A stretch of 52,072 bases of DNA from Cyanophora paradoxa CCMP329 (lineage: Eukaryota; Plantae; Glaucophyta), in the NCBI GenBank assembly GCA_004431415.1, contig QPMI01000539.1, positions 1-52,072 on the forward strand, given 5' to 3'. Both the position numbers and the translations under genes were made by a program. The notes beneath the pieces are model-generated. The model ran no database searches. It saw only the letters and a program-made list of their open reading frames with translations, and was not told where the DNA came from. Below are positions 1 through 13,320 of this stretch, one piece after another; positions within the stretch are counted from its first letter, which is position 1, and each line of letters opens with the position of its first letter.

Positions 1-188
1 ACCATGGCCTTTAACCGCACCGTGCTGGTCCGCGGCGCCCGCGCCGTCGTCGGGTTCTTTGGAGAAAGCTACGACGATTTCAACGCCCAGTCGCGCGACC
101 TCTACGGCAAATGCACGCGCACCCTCACGTTCCTCGACGACTCGCGCTGCATCCAGCAGATGTCGGCCTCGGAGCTCGCCGCGATCCC
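1..188 (+). pseudogene. Truncated inverted copy of the hypothetical gene at 22474-23088 (MAFNRTVLVRG...ELAAIP)
   Basis: Bases 1-188 are the reverse complement of 23091-22904, then the sequence switches via CCC microhomology to a direct match with 23618 onward. Confidence 0.9.
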
Positions 189-720
189 GGTAATCGGACG
201 AGCTCTGTGCAGGGGGGAGGAGGTCCAGGGGGGTAGAGCGGCGGGCAAGGCGTCTCGGTCCGCCCTTTTGTTCGTCTTGCCCCCATCTCCCCCCCTCTTT
301 CACCGTACCCCCTTTTCACACTCCCCCCGTCCCGCTCCCCGCATTGCCCGGTAATCGGACGAGCTCTGTGCAGGGGGGAGGAGGTCCAGGGGGGTAGAGC
401 GGCGGGCAAGGCGTCTCGGTCCCGCCCCTTTGTTCGTCTTGCCCCCTCTCCCCCCTCTTTCACCCCCCGCACCCTCTCGTCGGCTACCGTACCCCTTTTC
501 ACACCCTCCCCGTCCCGCTCCCCGCATTGCCCGGTAATCGGACGAGCTCTGTGCAGGGGGAGGAGGTCTAGGGGGTAGAGCGGCGGGCAAGGCGTCTCGG
601 TCCCGCCCCTTTGTTCGTCTTGCCCCCTCTCCCCTCCTCTTCCACCCCCTCCCCCCCCGCACCTTTTCGTCGGCTACCGTACCCCCTTTTCACACTCCCC
701 CCCGCGCAGAGCTCGGCCAT
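187..720 (+). repeat. Tandem repeat family L (~160-185 bp units, 3 copies) containing ATCGGACGAGCTCTGTGCAGGGG
   Basis: Units start at ~187, ~349 and ~531 and end with an inverted copy of the core (cccgcgcagagctcggccat). Confidence 0.9.
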
Positions 721-964
721 TTCCCGCTTCTATGTGGAGAAAGGGGGCTACCGCAACCTCAAGGGCACAGCGACGAGGCGCGCAAGGAAAAAAAAACCGC
801 ACCGATCCCGGGTACGCGTCCCCCACCCCTCTAATATAATTCAAATACAATTCAAATTCGGTACGAGATATATATATGTTATATAACGCCCTGCGCAGGC
901 CACAGGGGTACGTATATATACACACACATACAAGGGCAAGGCGCGAGGCGCGGCGCGCGCCGGC

Positions 965-1573
965 TCACGCGCTCGGCGCGGCGCCGTCTCGATCGGGCGG
1001 GGAGAGCCAGGCGGGATCGACGAAGCGCGCGCAGAGGGCCCGCGGGAGGGCCGGGTCCAGCCCCGCGGCGGCCTCGGCGAGCCGCGCCGCGTAGGCCTCG
1101 CGACCGGCCTCGTAGAGGCGCCGGTGCGCCGCCGCGAGCGGCACGATCTCGAGGCCCGGGTCGGCGCGGCAGAGGGGGCACCGGAGCGGCGCGATCGGGA
1201 GGAGGCAGCCGAGGCAGAAGACGTGCCGCACCCGAGGCGCGTCGGGCGGCACGGGAGCTGGAGGCAGACGGCGCACACGGCGTCGTCGTCGAGCGCGGCG
1301 CGCGCGGCGGGGCGCCACAGGTTGCTCGTGCATGTCCAGGCGACGTGGGCGGCGCGGCCGACCGCCTCGTAGCGCGCCAGGGCGCCGGCGTCGCGGGTCG
1401 GGTCGCCCCGCGGGCGCCTCGACGATCTCGCTCACGATGCGGCTGGACTTGACGCCGAGCGCGAGCGGCGCGGCGATCACGCCCCGGGCGGCGTCGTAGG
1501 CGTGCCCGTCCAGATACTTCCACCGTCCGAGGTCGTAGGTGCGCTCGGGCGCGGGCGCAGCGGCAGAGGCCAT
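965..1573 (-). CDS. C3HC4 RING-finger protein, copy 1 (internal frameshifts in this assembly)
   Basis: Duplicate of 24407-25018; single-base losses in G/C runs scramble the middle of the translation. Confidence 0.75.
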   Translation of the reverse strand: MASAAAPAPERTYDLGRWKYLDGHAYDAARGVIAAPLALGVKSSRIVSEIVEAPAGRPDPRRRRPGALRGGRPRRPRRLDMHEQPVAPRRARRARRRRRVRRLPPAPVPPDAPRVRHVFCLGCLLPIAPLRCPLCRADPGLEIVPLAAAHRRLYEAGREAYAARLAEAAAGLDPALPRALCARFVDPAWLSPPDRDGAAPSA

Positions 1574-4500
1574 TCCGAGGGTGCTGGCGGGGGTACGGGG
1601 GGAGCCGGGCCGGTGTGGGGCACCCTCTACCTCCTAGGAGAATTCCCCGGGGGTATTTAGCCGTTTGACCTCCCCTCCCCCCCGTACCCCCTCCCTCACC
1701 TTGCCCGCTACCCCCCAATCCTCCCTTCTCTCCCTCCTTCCCCTCTACGCTCTTGCCCCCTTCCCCTCACGCCATCCCCCAGAGGGACGGGATTGGAGGA
1801 CACGACACCATCACGGGAGGCGACGGCGGCGGCGACGGGAGGGGAGGCCAGTAGCCCAACCTACTGGGGCTGGCAAGCTAGCTAGATACGAAACCCTCGA
1901 ACCTTTCGTTCATTTTGCATCGTTTCTAAAACACAGCATGCGACGATCCTCAGTAGTATCTAGTCGGAGAGATGTATTGGGCGATGTGAAACTCATTGTA
2001 GTTGTACATGTGTTGTGTGCGAATGCAAGAGATTGAAATCTCCCTTGCCCCGCTCTGCGCTCTTGCCCCTTCCCCCCCCCACCCCACCCACCCTCTCCAT
2101 CCCCTCCCCTCTCGCCGATTCGGCCCAACGGACCGAATCGAGCGACTCGGCGGCCGGCGGCGCTCCAACGCATAAAAGAGAGGCGCCATGCGGTCGGGGC
2201 GTCAGTCTCGACTGCACGATGAAACGCCCGGCGGACCACGATGCGTCCGAGGGTCCCACCGGCGACCGAACCGGAGTAGCACCGCCGGCGGTGCCACCGT
2301 GCAACGCAGCGGCACAAGTCACGATCAAGCGCGAGGGGGCGGCACCGCAGGCGGTGCCGCCGTGCGCCGCCGCGGCGCAGGCCAAGCGCAAGGGGGCGGC
2401 ACCGCCGGCGGTGCCGCTGCCGCCAAGGAGGGCGCCGGCGCCGATGCAGAGGGCGACCTCGAGATGGAGGACAAGGCGCCGGCGGGCGCGACCGCGCCGC
2501 CCTCGGGCGCGCCCCTCCCCGCCCCGCCGCGAACCAGATCGTGCGGACCACGGTCCTCGTCAAGAGCAACCCGCGCAAGGGCGCCGCGCGCGACGCGATC
2601 TTTGCCGTCCCTGGCAGCCCGCCGACGTGGAGAGGCTCGAGTCGCCGGTCGCGCGCCGCGCCGTCGTCCAGATCTCGCCCCAGATCCTCGTCGAGCACGC
2701 GGGCGGCGCCCGGCGCACCCTCCGCGCGTTCAACGTCTTTGACTTTGACGTCCCCAACATCCGCTTCCCGAGGCGCTGGAGGGCGGCTCGCTCGGGAGGG
2801 AGCAGCTGAAGAACGCCAAGAAAGAGTACCTCGCCGGCGTGCTGGCGCGGTGCGAGACCCTCGCCCAGTACTGGACCGAGGTCCCCGAGATCCTCGGCGT
2901 CGCCCGCCGCGCGCGCGACTTTGCCCGGGCCCTCCAGGCGCGCGGCGTCGCCGTCCTCGTCGTCTTCTCGGGCCTTAAGGGCTTCCACGTCTACGTGCGC
3001 GACGCCGACCTCGTCGCGGCGGTCGAGGGGCCCGGCGCCGCCGTGTACGCCAAGGAGGACCTCGACCAGTGGTGGGGCATCGTGCGCGCCAAGCTCAAGC
3101 GGCTCGAGGAGGACTCGGCGGCGGCGCTGCGCGACCCGTCGGTCCCGCAGGGGAGAAGAGCCGCCTCCGCCGCTCCTTCTGGTCCAAGGCCACGCGCGCC
3201 GCTGGCCCGCGGCGCGTCCCCGGCATGTACAAGGCGGGACGGTGGGAGGGGCGCGAGGCCTTTGAGCGCGTCGTCGTCCCGTTTGCGGAGGAGCGCGGGA
3301 TCGGGGCGATGGTGGAGCAGCTGGAAAGGGAGGGCGTCCTGGACCTCGCGCCGTTCCGCGTCAACAGCGGCTGCCGCTCCGACGAGCACCGCCACGGCTG
3401 GACCTCCTACTACCCCGTGGCGGTACCCCTGGAGGCCGTCGACGACGCGGCGATCGCGGCGACGGTCCGCCTGCACGCCACGCGGCCCGACCCGCTCCTC
3501 GTCGCGTGGAACAGCGACGAGTGGCGCTGGCTGCGCGAGCTCGCGCGCGAGATCGCCCCAAGCACACCCTCCACGTGGCGGCCCCCGCGGACGGCGCCCG
3601 CCCTCCGCCGCCCAAGCGCCCGCGCGCCCCCCGGGCCCCGGCCGCCGCCGACGCTCGATCGGGAGGGCGAGAAGGAGGAGGAGGAGGAGGAGGGCGGGAA
3701 TGCGGAGGACGGGGACGCCGAGGACGAGGCGACGATCAGCGAGGGCGTGGTGGAGCGCCTCGGGCTCCTCGCGTGCGGGGCGGGGCGCGGGCGGGGCTGG
3801 AGCGCCGCCCCGGCCGCGGCCGCGGCGGCCGCGGCGGCCCCTCGATCTCCCACTTTGTTTCGCCGCCCGACGCGGACGGGGGCGAGCTCTGCCCCCACGG
3901 CCGGGACCACGAGCGCGTGGAGACGAGCATGTGGGTGGCGGAGAGCGGCATCCCCGGCGTCCTCGCCGCGACGGCGCACTGCTACTCGCTCCGCTGCGCC
4001 GGCGAGCCGCTCCTGGGCGCCCTCGCGTGGGCCCAGCCGGGCGCCTTTGGCGGCGCCTCGACCCTCGCCCAGGCCGACGCGGCGCTCCTGGGGCTCCACG
4101 CCACCGTCGCCCGCATCGCCGACCGGAGCCTCCAGCTCGCGGAGAGGCTCGCGCGCGCGGCGGCGGCGGCGGCGGCGGCAGAGGCGCAGGCGGCAGCGGC
4201 GGCGGCAGAGGGGGAGGGGGCAGGGGGACGGGCCCCAGGACGGCGCGCGCGGGGCGGCGCCGGCGCCGGCCGCCCCCGCCCTCCCGCAGCGGCCGGCGGG
4301 GGCGCTGCCCCCGTCCGCGTCGCCTCGCACGTCGAGGGCCGCTCCTACTTTGTCCGCGTCCCCTGCTGGAGCTGCGGTCACCGCAAGGGGAAGCTCTTCA
4401 TCGACCAGACGAGCGGGGAGGCCGAGGAGCGCGGTCAGGTGCGCGTCCGGGCGTGCGGCGCGGCGGCGTGCGGCGGGCGCTGGGCCTGCGGGCCGCTGGA

Positions 4501-7499
4501 GCTCGGCGAGGACGACGCGACCGAGCTCCGCCTCGCCGAGGACGAGGTGGACATGTTCTCCCTCCGGCTCTTCCCCGAGCAGGCCAAGTCCATGGGCGCC
4601 GGCACCTTTGGCGCGACGGCCCGCAACCCGTACTGGGCGGAGCTCCCTCAGGCGCCGTCGACTACCTCGATGCCGTCGTCGCGTGGCTGCGCACGCTCGG
4701 CGCCGGCGCGGCGCTCCCTCCGACGGCGGCCCCGAGCGGCGCGTCCGGCCCCGCGGCGTCGGGCCCCCGGGCTCCTTTCCCCTCGAGGACGGCGCGACCG
4801 GCGGGCCGGCGGCGCGGCTGCGCGCCATGCTGCCGGACCTCGCGACGTGGCGCGCTGCCCTCCGCCTCCCCGAGCTCTCCCGGCCCCTCGCGATCCCGGC
4901 GGACTTTGATCCCGTCGCCCGACGCTGGATCGACATCGACGAGCCGGCGGGCCCGGGGGCCCAGCGCTTCTGCAGCCCGGCCCCCATCCTCGCGCGCCTC
5001 GACGGCGGGAGGAAGACGATCTTTGTGCGGGCAGAGACCGGGAGCGGCAAGACGGAGACGTGCGTGGGGGGCCGCGAGGGCGCGGCGGGGCCGGGCCCCC
5101 GGGGGATCCTGCAGGCGGTGCTGGACGACCCGACGCTCGTGGGGCTCCCCAGCGTCCCCGGCGCGCCGCCCCGCGTCCTCTACGTGACGGCGGGGCGAGT
5201 TCAGCCCGACATCCTCGTCAAGGACCCCCGCTTCGCGGCCCTCTCCTACCCCTCGGCGTCGGGCGAGCGCGTGCCGGTCGCCTGGACCGTCTACAAGGAG
5301 GCCCGCCCCGAGGAGCTCGCCGACGCCTCGTTCGTCATGTGCACGGTGCAGAGCGGCCGCCGGCTCGAGGGCGACTTTGACGTCGTCATCGTCGACGAGG
5401 GGGCGCGGGCCCTCACGACCCTCACGACGGGCGGGCCGTTCAAGGGGCCCGAGCACCACGCGCAGACGGTCGCCTGGTTCGACAGGGCGCTGGAGGCGCC
5501 GGCGCTCGTGATCGTCGCCGACGCCGACCTGCTGGACGAGGACGCCGCCCTCTACGCCGCGCGCCGCCCGGGGCGGACGTCATCTCGTACCTCAAGCGCG
5601 GCAGCAACGACGCGCGCCTGCGCTGGACGGCCATCGACATTCGCTACGCCGCCGCCGTGATCGCCGCCAAGCTCCTCGCCGGCGAGGTCGGCTACATCGC
5701 CTGCTCGACGCGGCGCGCCCTCTGGGAGATCGAGTCCATCGTGCGGCGCCACATGCGGCTCTCCGGGCGCCGCTGCGAGTTCCTGTACGCCGACGCGGAC
5801 CGGCGCGCGAGGCAGACGATGACGGACTCGGACTACGTCTGCTCCGCCCTCTGCTACGCTTCCAACTACGCGATGCCCAGGGCACCGACTTTTCCAGCGG
5901 GCCGCCCGCCAACTTTGTCGCCTACATCGAGGAGGGGCGGACCGCCGACGTCAACGCCGGCTTTCAGCTCGTCCGCCGCCGCCGTCACGTGATCGGGCCC
6001 GACGCCTTTTTCTTCTGCCGGTTCCCCCGCAAGGCCCCCCTCCCCGACCGGCAGGGGCGGCCCCTGCACGCCCCCGTCGACTGGCGGGCGATCTACGGCG
6101 AGCTGGTGGACTCGGTGCGCGCGTGGAACGAGCGGCTCCCCGCGGAGAGGCGCGTGGCGACCGAGGAGCACTACCTCCGCGTGCGGGCCGTCCGCACGGC
6201 GCTCCGGAACGCGACGCACGCGTGCCCCATGCTGGCGTTTCACCTGAAGCTCCGCTCGCTCGGCAACGAGGGCCTCTACGTGTACCCCCTGCCCCAGCCC
6301 CGAAGAAGCCCAAGGGCGGCGCGCGCGCGGGCCCGAGCGCGCCGGCGGCGCCGGCGGCGGGGGCCTCCCCTGGATGCCGGAGGGGTACTCGGACTCTGCC
6401 GTCCCCCTGGCGGCCGAGGTCGAGGCGCGCGAGCGGCTCCTCCCATCGTCGCCGCGCCGCGGCTGCTGGGCTACGACTGCGCCAAGGCGATCCGGGGGCC
6501 ATGGAGTACGGGACGTCCACGGTGGAGGTCTCCGACGCGGCGCGGCGCGCCTGGAAGCGCGAAAAGGCCGCCGCGCGCTTCGGGCTGCGGCCCGAGCAGG
6601 TGGGCGTCGCCGAGGTCCGCCTCTCGGAGCAGAGCCCGCCGGCGGAGATCTTCCGCCTCTCCAAGCGGTTCGCCCTCGACACCCTCCCGTACCTCGCCTC
6701 GGGGCGGCCCCCGACGAGGAGAGCGCGACGCTCCTCCCGGACCACCGCGAGCGGCGCCGCCCCTTTGAGAGCGCCCTGCGGCTCTTTGAGCTGCTCGGCG
6801 CGCGCGTCCCGCCCGGCGGCGGCGCGGCGGCGGCGGCGAGCGACGTCGCGGCCGGCCTCCGTTACCTCTTCTGGGCGACGTGGGAGGGGCCGGAGGACTG
6901 CGGCGCGGCGCGCCTGCGCGGGCTCGGCGAGGCGATCGAGGAGGGTGGCATCTTTACCGACGGGCCCCTCGGGCGGCTCTTTGCGGACGCCTGCCGCGCG
7001 GCGTGGGAGCGGATCGCGATCCCCTACTCGCCGATCGCCGCGTACCGCGCCGACGCCCTCCGCTGGCAGTGCGCCGAGCTCTGGCAGCTCGAGTGCCTCC
7101 GCCCGGAGAAGCGCAACAAGGGGGCCGCCCCTCCCCCGATCGGGGACTGCGCGCGGCGCCTCCTGCACGACCTCGTCGTCCACGCCGCGGAGCAGCTGGG
7201 CCTCGGCGTGCTCGTCGCGGCGGCCGACGCGCGGCGCGTGGTGCGGGGCGGCGCGCGCAGGACCGTCAAGCGCACGCGCTACTGCTTCGACCCCGAGACC
7301 GTCCTCCTCGGCCTGCGCCTCTACGGGCGCGATCGGGACGGCCGCGGGGACGTCCCGCCCGACGCGACGCTCGGGGCGCTCCTGGCGGCCGGCGTGCGCT
7401 CCCTCCAGATCGCGCTCGTCCAGGATCCAAAGTCCAAGCTCCGGGCGGCGGGCGCGGGCGGCGGCGGCGGCGAGGGCGGCGAGGGTGGCGCCCCGGGCG

Positions 7500-7536
7500 T
7501 ACCCCGGCACTTTTGGCTCACCCACGCATTGCGTCG
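7500..7536 (+). repeat. Left TIR TACCCCGGCACTTTTGGCTCACCCACGCATTGCGTCG
   Basis: Exact reverse complement of 17174-17210. Confidence 0.97.
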
Positions 7537-8087
7537 AAATTTGAGTCATTTTTCGACGCAGTGCTCCGAAATTTCACGCAATGCTTGAAAATGCGTCGGG
7601 GTTTCAAGCAGCGCTTGAAACCCCACGCAGTGCGACGCAGCTGCCCGAAACTTCGAAGCACCGCGACTGCGCCAAATTCCCACTGCGTCTGGCTGCGTCG
7701 AGCGATGCAGCCTCAGGGCCTGGCAGCGCTAGCAGGCGCTATAGCTAGTACTAGTAGCTCGTAACCCATGCGGATTGCGGATTCAATGATTGCAGCGCGC
7801 GCGCTCGGGATCCACTGGGGCAGATCCGAGTGCGCGGGCGGATTGCAGCGCGCGCGCGGCTGTACCAGTACCGCAGTACTAGTATATACGTACGTGCATG
7901 CTTAGTTTGCTCGCGCTTCTGGGCCGCTGGGCCGCGGCCGGGCCACAGCGGCGACAGGCCCGTGGCCAGCTATTGTGAATCTGTGGCATGCGCTGTTCAT
8001 AAAAAGATGATGAACTGGAAGTATACAGGCTGTCCGGGATCCGAAATCTATCACACGCACCAGCCCCTGAAGCCCGAATCCGAGCGC

Positions 8088-10604
8088 TAGCTAGTTGCCG
8101 AGAAAACGAAAACTAACTGCAATCAGCTGCCGAACAGCGGGAAGTGCTGCTGTCCTGCCTGCAGCATCGTCCGCCGGCGGCACAGGCAGAATGCGCCCTC
8201 GCCGCACTCGCTGCGGCAAGTCACCGCGCTCGCTGCGCTCAGAATAAGCGGACTCCTAGCTTAAAGAGAGAAGTGGGAAGCAAGGGGACGTCTGCGCACC
8301 GAGGAGAGGGTAGCAGTCCCGCTTCCTCCGCATCCAGCATCCCTTGCCCGTGCCCGACGTCGAAGGCAGAGCGCTCGCTGCGCACGGAGAGGAATGTCAA
8401 TCTAATGAAAAGAGAATGCGCGCCGATTAACAGACCGCACCTGCGGCCGAGCGCCCACACCATGGACTGGAAGAGCGCCTCCTCTGGCCAAAAGGGCGGA
8501 GGCGTTGATGGCGCTCGCCGCGCTGCGGCATCACGGTCAGCGCGCGGATCGAACGAAGATAAGCGAGTGGTGACCGGCAAACGGACCGCTGTGCACCACA
8601 GCAGGGTGAGTGAGCAGCAGGCCGGCTCGCGCCGCGTCCGGGCCGGTCCGGCATCCCTCGACCGCGATGCCGAAGCTGCGTTCGGAGCGTCAACCGAAAG
8701 AAGAGAAGAATGCGCGCCGGCAAACGACCGCACCTGCCGCACCTGCGCCCCAGCGGCCGCAAGCACAAGAACTCCGAGGCCGCGGCCGTCCAGAAGCCAC
8801 GCGTCCGAGAACGGCACCCGCTCCGCTGCGCACGCGGCCGGCGTCACAAAAACATCAACGCGAGAGTAGCGGAAACAAGAGCGAGCACCTGGCCTGCGGG
8901 AGAAGACGCTAGGCGAACTGGATGGTGGTGCTCTGCTCGCGCGGGCCAGTCACCCCGTTCCTGGACCGCCAGCGGAATGAGGGATTGGGGCAAAGGAGAT
9001 GAAACGAAAAAGCACCTTGCTTCGCATCGGCAGCCGCCTTCTCCTTTTTGCGCGAGCCGACCAAAAGAAGGAACACTTGGCGGCGGCGGCCGGGCTAAGA
9101 ATGCAGATCAAGGGCGCTTGAAGAGGCAAGAACGACGCGTACACGAGCGCTCTTCGCCACGAGCGGGCGCCCGCCGCCCTGGGGCAGCGCTCTGCTTTTG
9201 AAATCAGGCCGGCGACAGGCGGGGGACGCGAGAGGATGCAAGTAGGCACCTTCGAACGTCGTTCGCGCTCGAGGCTCGTCAAGTTCGCGGCAGCTGTGCG
9301 GACTCCGTTTGACCTGTTTGAAATTGTGGAGTAAGGGAGACCAGGATGCGCTGCGGTGGAGAGCCCAGCGCCGACGCACCGAGATTGCATTGCGTCCCGT
9401 GCTGGAGGCCGCAGCCAGTTCTTGCCCTGCGTGCTCTTCAAAGTGCAAGGCCGGAATTCGGGGTACACAGCTGTTGGGCGAAAGCGGCAGCGACACCAAC
9501 AGCGATATCGATCGAGGATGCTTGAGGTTGCCCTTCGGCTCAGCTTTCCGAGGAAGCCTGAGCGGTCCCATGCTCCTTCGCAGCTCGCTCGGCCGCGGTG
9601 CCGAGCACGTTGGCGGAAGCTCGCAGATGCGGCGCGCGGCCCTTTCGTTAGCTATAGCTAGGCGCATGTGGCCCGTGTTCTCGCAGCTGCATGTCTATGC
9701 CCTGGCGTGGCCGTGTTTCCGTGCGGCGCCGCGTTCACGGCCTGCCTTCCTCCCACAAACCGACGACGTGCGTCTATGCCGTGCCCTCCGCGTTCCACGC
9801 GTGACGTACAGCTCACTCGATTTCGCAGGGATCGCCGGCGGTGAGCCCCGTCGGCCCAGTTGGTTGGCCCTGCGCCCAAGCCGAGCCAAGGTGCGGCGGC
9901 CGCCTGGCCGGGAACGGGGGGACAGGCGAACTGCCGCACGCTTCTCGCTGTTGATCTCTCCTTCGTAGCGGGCGATGGAGTGCCGGCACGCCGCTGGCGG
10001 CGAGCGCGCCCTGCCGAGCGCGTCGCCATCGCCGGGGGTGGGCCACCGGACCATAGCTTTGCGTCAGCGGCGCGCGAACGCATGTCTCACGATTCTTGCT
10101 TGCGTTCCAGGCGCTGGATCGCGCGCGCCGTCTCCAGGCTCCGAATTCTGGACCCCTCTTCCACAGCTTGGTGAGGCTCAGGCCTAGACGAGGTGAGTTG
10201 AGCGGTCTGTGTGCGTACGCGTCGCTGACAAGGCGCTCCTGTCGCGCAGGATGATCGAGTCCCGGGGCGATGGTCGGAGGGAGCGGAGGGCGGCAGCATG
10301 GATTGCACGGCGGGGCGTAGGATCGGCGGGCGGCGGCCCGGGGCGCACGCCTCGCGCGCCGCCGGCTGCCCGCCCGCCCCGGCCCGCCCCGGCGCCGTCG
10401 CTTCGCCCGCCCCGGCGCCTTCGCCCCGCTCCGCCCCGTCGCTTTCGCCCCGCCCCGCAGAGTCGGTGCGCCGTGCTGAGCGCCCTGCCCGGCACAGCCC
10501 GGCCTGCCTGCTGCTGACGCCCTCGCAGCTCTCGAGGATTTTGAATTTTCGGGGCGTCCCGCTGCCGCGGGAGAGGATCTTCGAGCGCCCCGCCGCCCCC
10601 GCCG
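8088..10604 (+). repeat. Left arm of ~2.5-kb internal inverted repeat
   Basis: Reverse-complement match to ~14178-16585 (e.g. ctagttgccgagaaaa / ttttctcggcaactag; gagaggatcttcgagcgcccc / ggggcgctcgaagatcctctc). Near-identical in the middle, more diverged with indels at the outer end. Confidence 0.92.
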
Positions 10605-10639
10605 TCCTCAGGGGACAGCGCCGGGGGTCGCGGAAGCTC

Positions 10640-11030
10640 AGCAGGCGGCGGCGCGGCTCACCTGGCGGGGCGGAGGCGCGGCGGGCGGCGGCACGGCTCG
10701 CCGGGAGGGGCGGCGGCGCGGCGGGCGGCGCGCAGCTCGCCGGGCGGGGCGAGGGTGCGGCGGGCGGCGGCGAAGCTCGGCGGGCGGGGCGCGGGAGCGG
10801 CGGGCGGCGGCGCGGCTCGCCAGGCGGGGCGGAGGCGCGGCGGGCGGCGCCGCGGCTCGCGGGGCGGGGCGGAGGCGCAGCGTGCTGCGGCCCGGCTCGC
10901 CGCACGGGGTGGAGGCGCGGCTGGCGGCGGCGCGGCTCGCCAGGGGGGCGGAGGCGCAGCAGGCGGACAGGACGGCAGGCGCGGCGGGCGGCGGCGTGGC
11001 TCGCGGGGCGCCGCGGTGGCGCGACGCGGC
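10640..11030 (+). repeat. GC-rich ~39-bp minisatellite (GGCGGGGCGGAGGCGCGGCGGGCGGCGGCGCGGCTCGC-like)
   Basis: Degenerate tandem copies read directly. Confidence 0.85.
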
Positions 11031-11084
11031 TTCGATTCGTGATCACTGATCATGAGCGTGATGATCTCTTGTCATTCAATTTAA

Positions 11085-13320
11085 ACAGATCCGAGGCTGC
11101 GCTGCCCTGCAACTTGGCACAAATGAAGTGTTGGCAATTGGGCCCACTATTGCTTGGCGAGGCACCAGCACCTTTTCAGCGCTTGCCACTATTAAAATCA
11201 AATCTAGCGCCTTTGATATAGTCCAGGTACGCTTCTCCAGTCAGTGAAAAGGCCGGGATCTTTTCCTGGCTTCATGATCAATTCTCATGATCATCATGAA
11301 CACTGCATGCATGGGTGCTCAGATCCTCACTGCGAGCCAAATTGAAACTCGGGGCCCATATTGCATACGCCCGCGAGCATGCTGTTGGGGGTTCTCGAGG
11401 GCGCTGGATTTGATTATGAAGTCGGTTGAAGACAGATCCGAGGCTGCGCTGCCCTGCAACTTGGCACAAATGAAGTGTTGGCAATTGGGGCCCACTATTG
11501 CTTGGCGAGGCACCAGCACCTTTTCAGCGCTTGCCACTATTAAAATCAAATCTAGCGCCTTTGATATAGTCCAGGTACGCTTCTCCAGTCAGTGAAAAGG
11601 CCGGGATCTTTTCCTGGCTTCATGATCAATTCTCATGATCATCATGAACACTGCATGCATGGGTGCTCAGATCCTCACTGCGAGCCAAATTGAAACTCGG
11701 GGCCCATATTGCATACGCCCGCGAGCATGCTGTTGGGGTTCTCGAGGGCGCTGGATTTGATTATGAAGTTGGTTTAAGACAGATCCGAGGCTGCGCTGCC
11801 CTGCAACTTGGCACAAATGAAGTGTTGGCAATTGGGGCCCACTATTGCTTGGCGAGGCACCAGCACCTTTTCAGCGCTTGCCACTATCAAAATCAAATCT
11901 AGCGCCTTTGATATAGTCCAGGTACGCTTCTCCAGTCAGTGAAAAGGCCGGGATCTTTTCCTGGCTTCATGATCAATTCTCATGATCATCATGAACACTG
12001 CATGCATGGGTGCTCAGATCCTCACTGCGAGCCAAATTGAAACTCGGGGCCCATATTGCATACGCCCGCGAGCATGCTGTTGGGGGTTCTCGAGGGCGCT
12101 GGATTTGATTATGAAGTCGGTTGAAGACAGATCCGAGGCTGCGCTGCCCTGCAACTTGGCACAAATGAAGTGTTGGCAATTGGGGCCCACTATTGCTTGG
12201 CGAGGCTGTTTTAGGAGGTTTTATACGTCCCAGTAGACCTTAGCAACCTTCCCGTAGCGTACCAGCAGCAGGCGAGCAGGCTGTCACGTTGCAAGAGAAA
12301 GCTGCTAATCACAGACTACTGTGTACCCTAGGACACGGCTACCGGAAAGTATCAAGCTAGAGTCAGAAAAAGTAGCTAGGGTCGCATCTTCGTACAGGGG
12401 TACAGTGACTCAGGAAATCGCGAGAAGCCGCGGGTCAAGTCACGGTACTACTGCGAACGAAGTGCAAACGAAGCACTAACGGCTAGGAAACCCTATCGGC
12501 AACAAGGCACCAGCACCTTTTCAGCGCTTGCCACTATTAAAATCAAATCTAGCGCCTTTGATATAGTCCAGGTACGCTTCTCCAGTCAGTGAAAAGGCCG
12601 GGATCTTTTCCTGGCTTCATGATCAATTCTCATGATCATCATGAACACTGCATGCATGGGTGCTCAGATCCTCACTGCGAGCCAAATTGAAACTCGGGGC
12701 CCATATTGCATACGCCCGCGAGCATGCTGTTGGGGGTTCTCGAGGGCGCTGGATTTGATTATGAAGTTGGTTTAAGACAGATCCGAGGCTGCGCTGCCCT
12801 GCAACTTGGCACAAATGAAGTGTTGGCAATTGGGGCCCACTATTGCTTGGCGAGGCACCAGCACCTTTTCAGCGCTTGCCACTATTAAAATCAAATCTAG
12901 CGCCTTTGATATAGTCCAGGTACGCTTCTCCAGTCAGTGAAAAGGCCGGGATCTTTTCCTGGCTTCATGATCAATTCTCATGATCATCATGAACACTGCA
13001 TGCATGGGTGCTCAGATCCTCACTGCGAGCCAAATTGAAACTCGGGGCCCACATTGCATACGCCCGCGAGCATGCTGTTGGGGTTCTCGAGGGCGCTGGA
13101 TTTGATTATGAAGTTGGTTTAAGACAGATCCGAGGCTGCGCTGCCCTGCAACTTGGCACAAATGAAGTGTTGGCAATTGGGGCCCACTATTGCTTGGCGA
13201 GGTACAAGCACCTTTTCAGCGCTTGCCACTATCAAAATCAATTCTAGCGTTTTTGATATAGCCTAGATACGCTTCTCCAGTCAGTGAAAAGGCCGGGATC
13301 TTTGCTGGGCCTCATGATCA
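11085..13320 (+). repeat. 347-348-bp tandem satellite (5 full + 1 partial unit), much lower GC than flanks
   Basis: acagatccgaggctgcgctgccc recurs at 11085, 11432, 11779, 12127, 12777 and 13124; the fourth unit is lengthened by a 302-bp insertion. Confidence 0.95.
12207..12504. mobile_element. 298-bp solo LTR (TGTT...AACA) with 4-bp TSD AGGC
   Basis: Insert splits cgaggcaccagc of one satellite unit; AGGC at 12203-12206 and 12505-12508; TG...CA ends; no longer TIR. Confidence 0.85.

Noticed and set aside
2219-7499. Programmed frameshifting or true pseudogenisation by many frameshifts
   Set aside because: Breaks are single-base losses in G/C homopolymers, mostly at different places in the two copies, typical of long-read consensus error. 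Only the transposon insertion is a secure lesion.
11085-13320. Repeated short ORFs or a CRISPR array in the 348-bp satellite
   Set aside because: Whole units are tandemly identical, ORFs vary with homopolymer indels, and none shows a protein motif.
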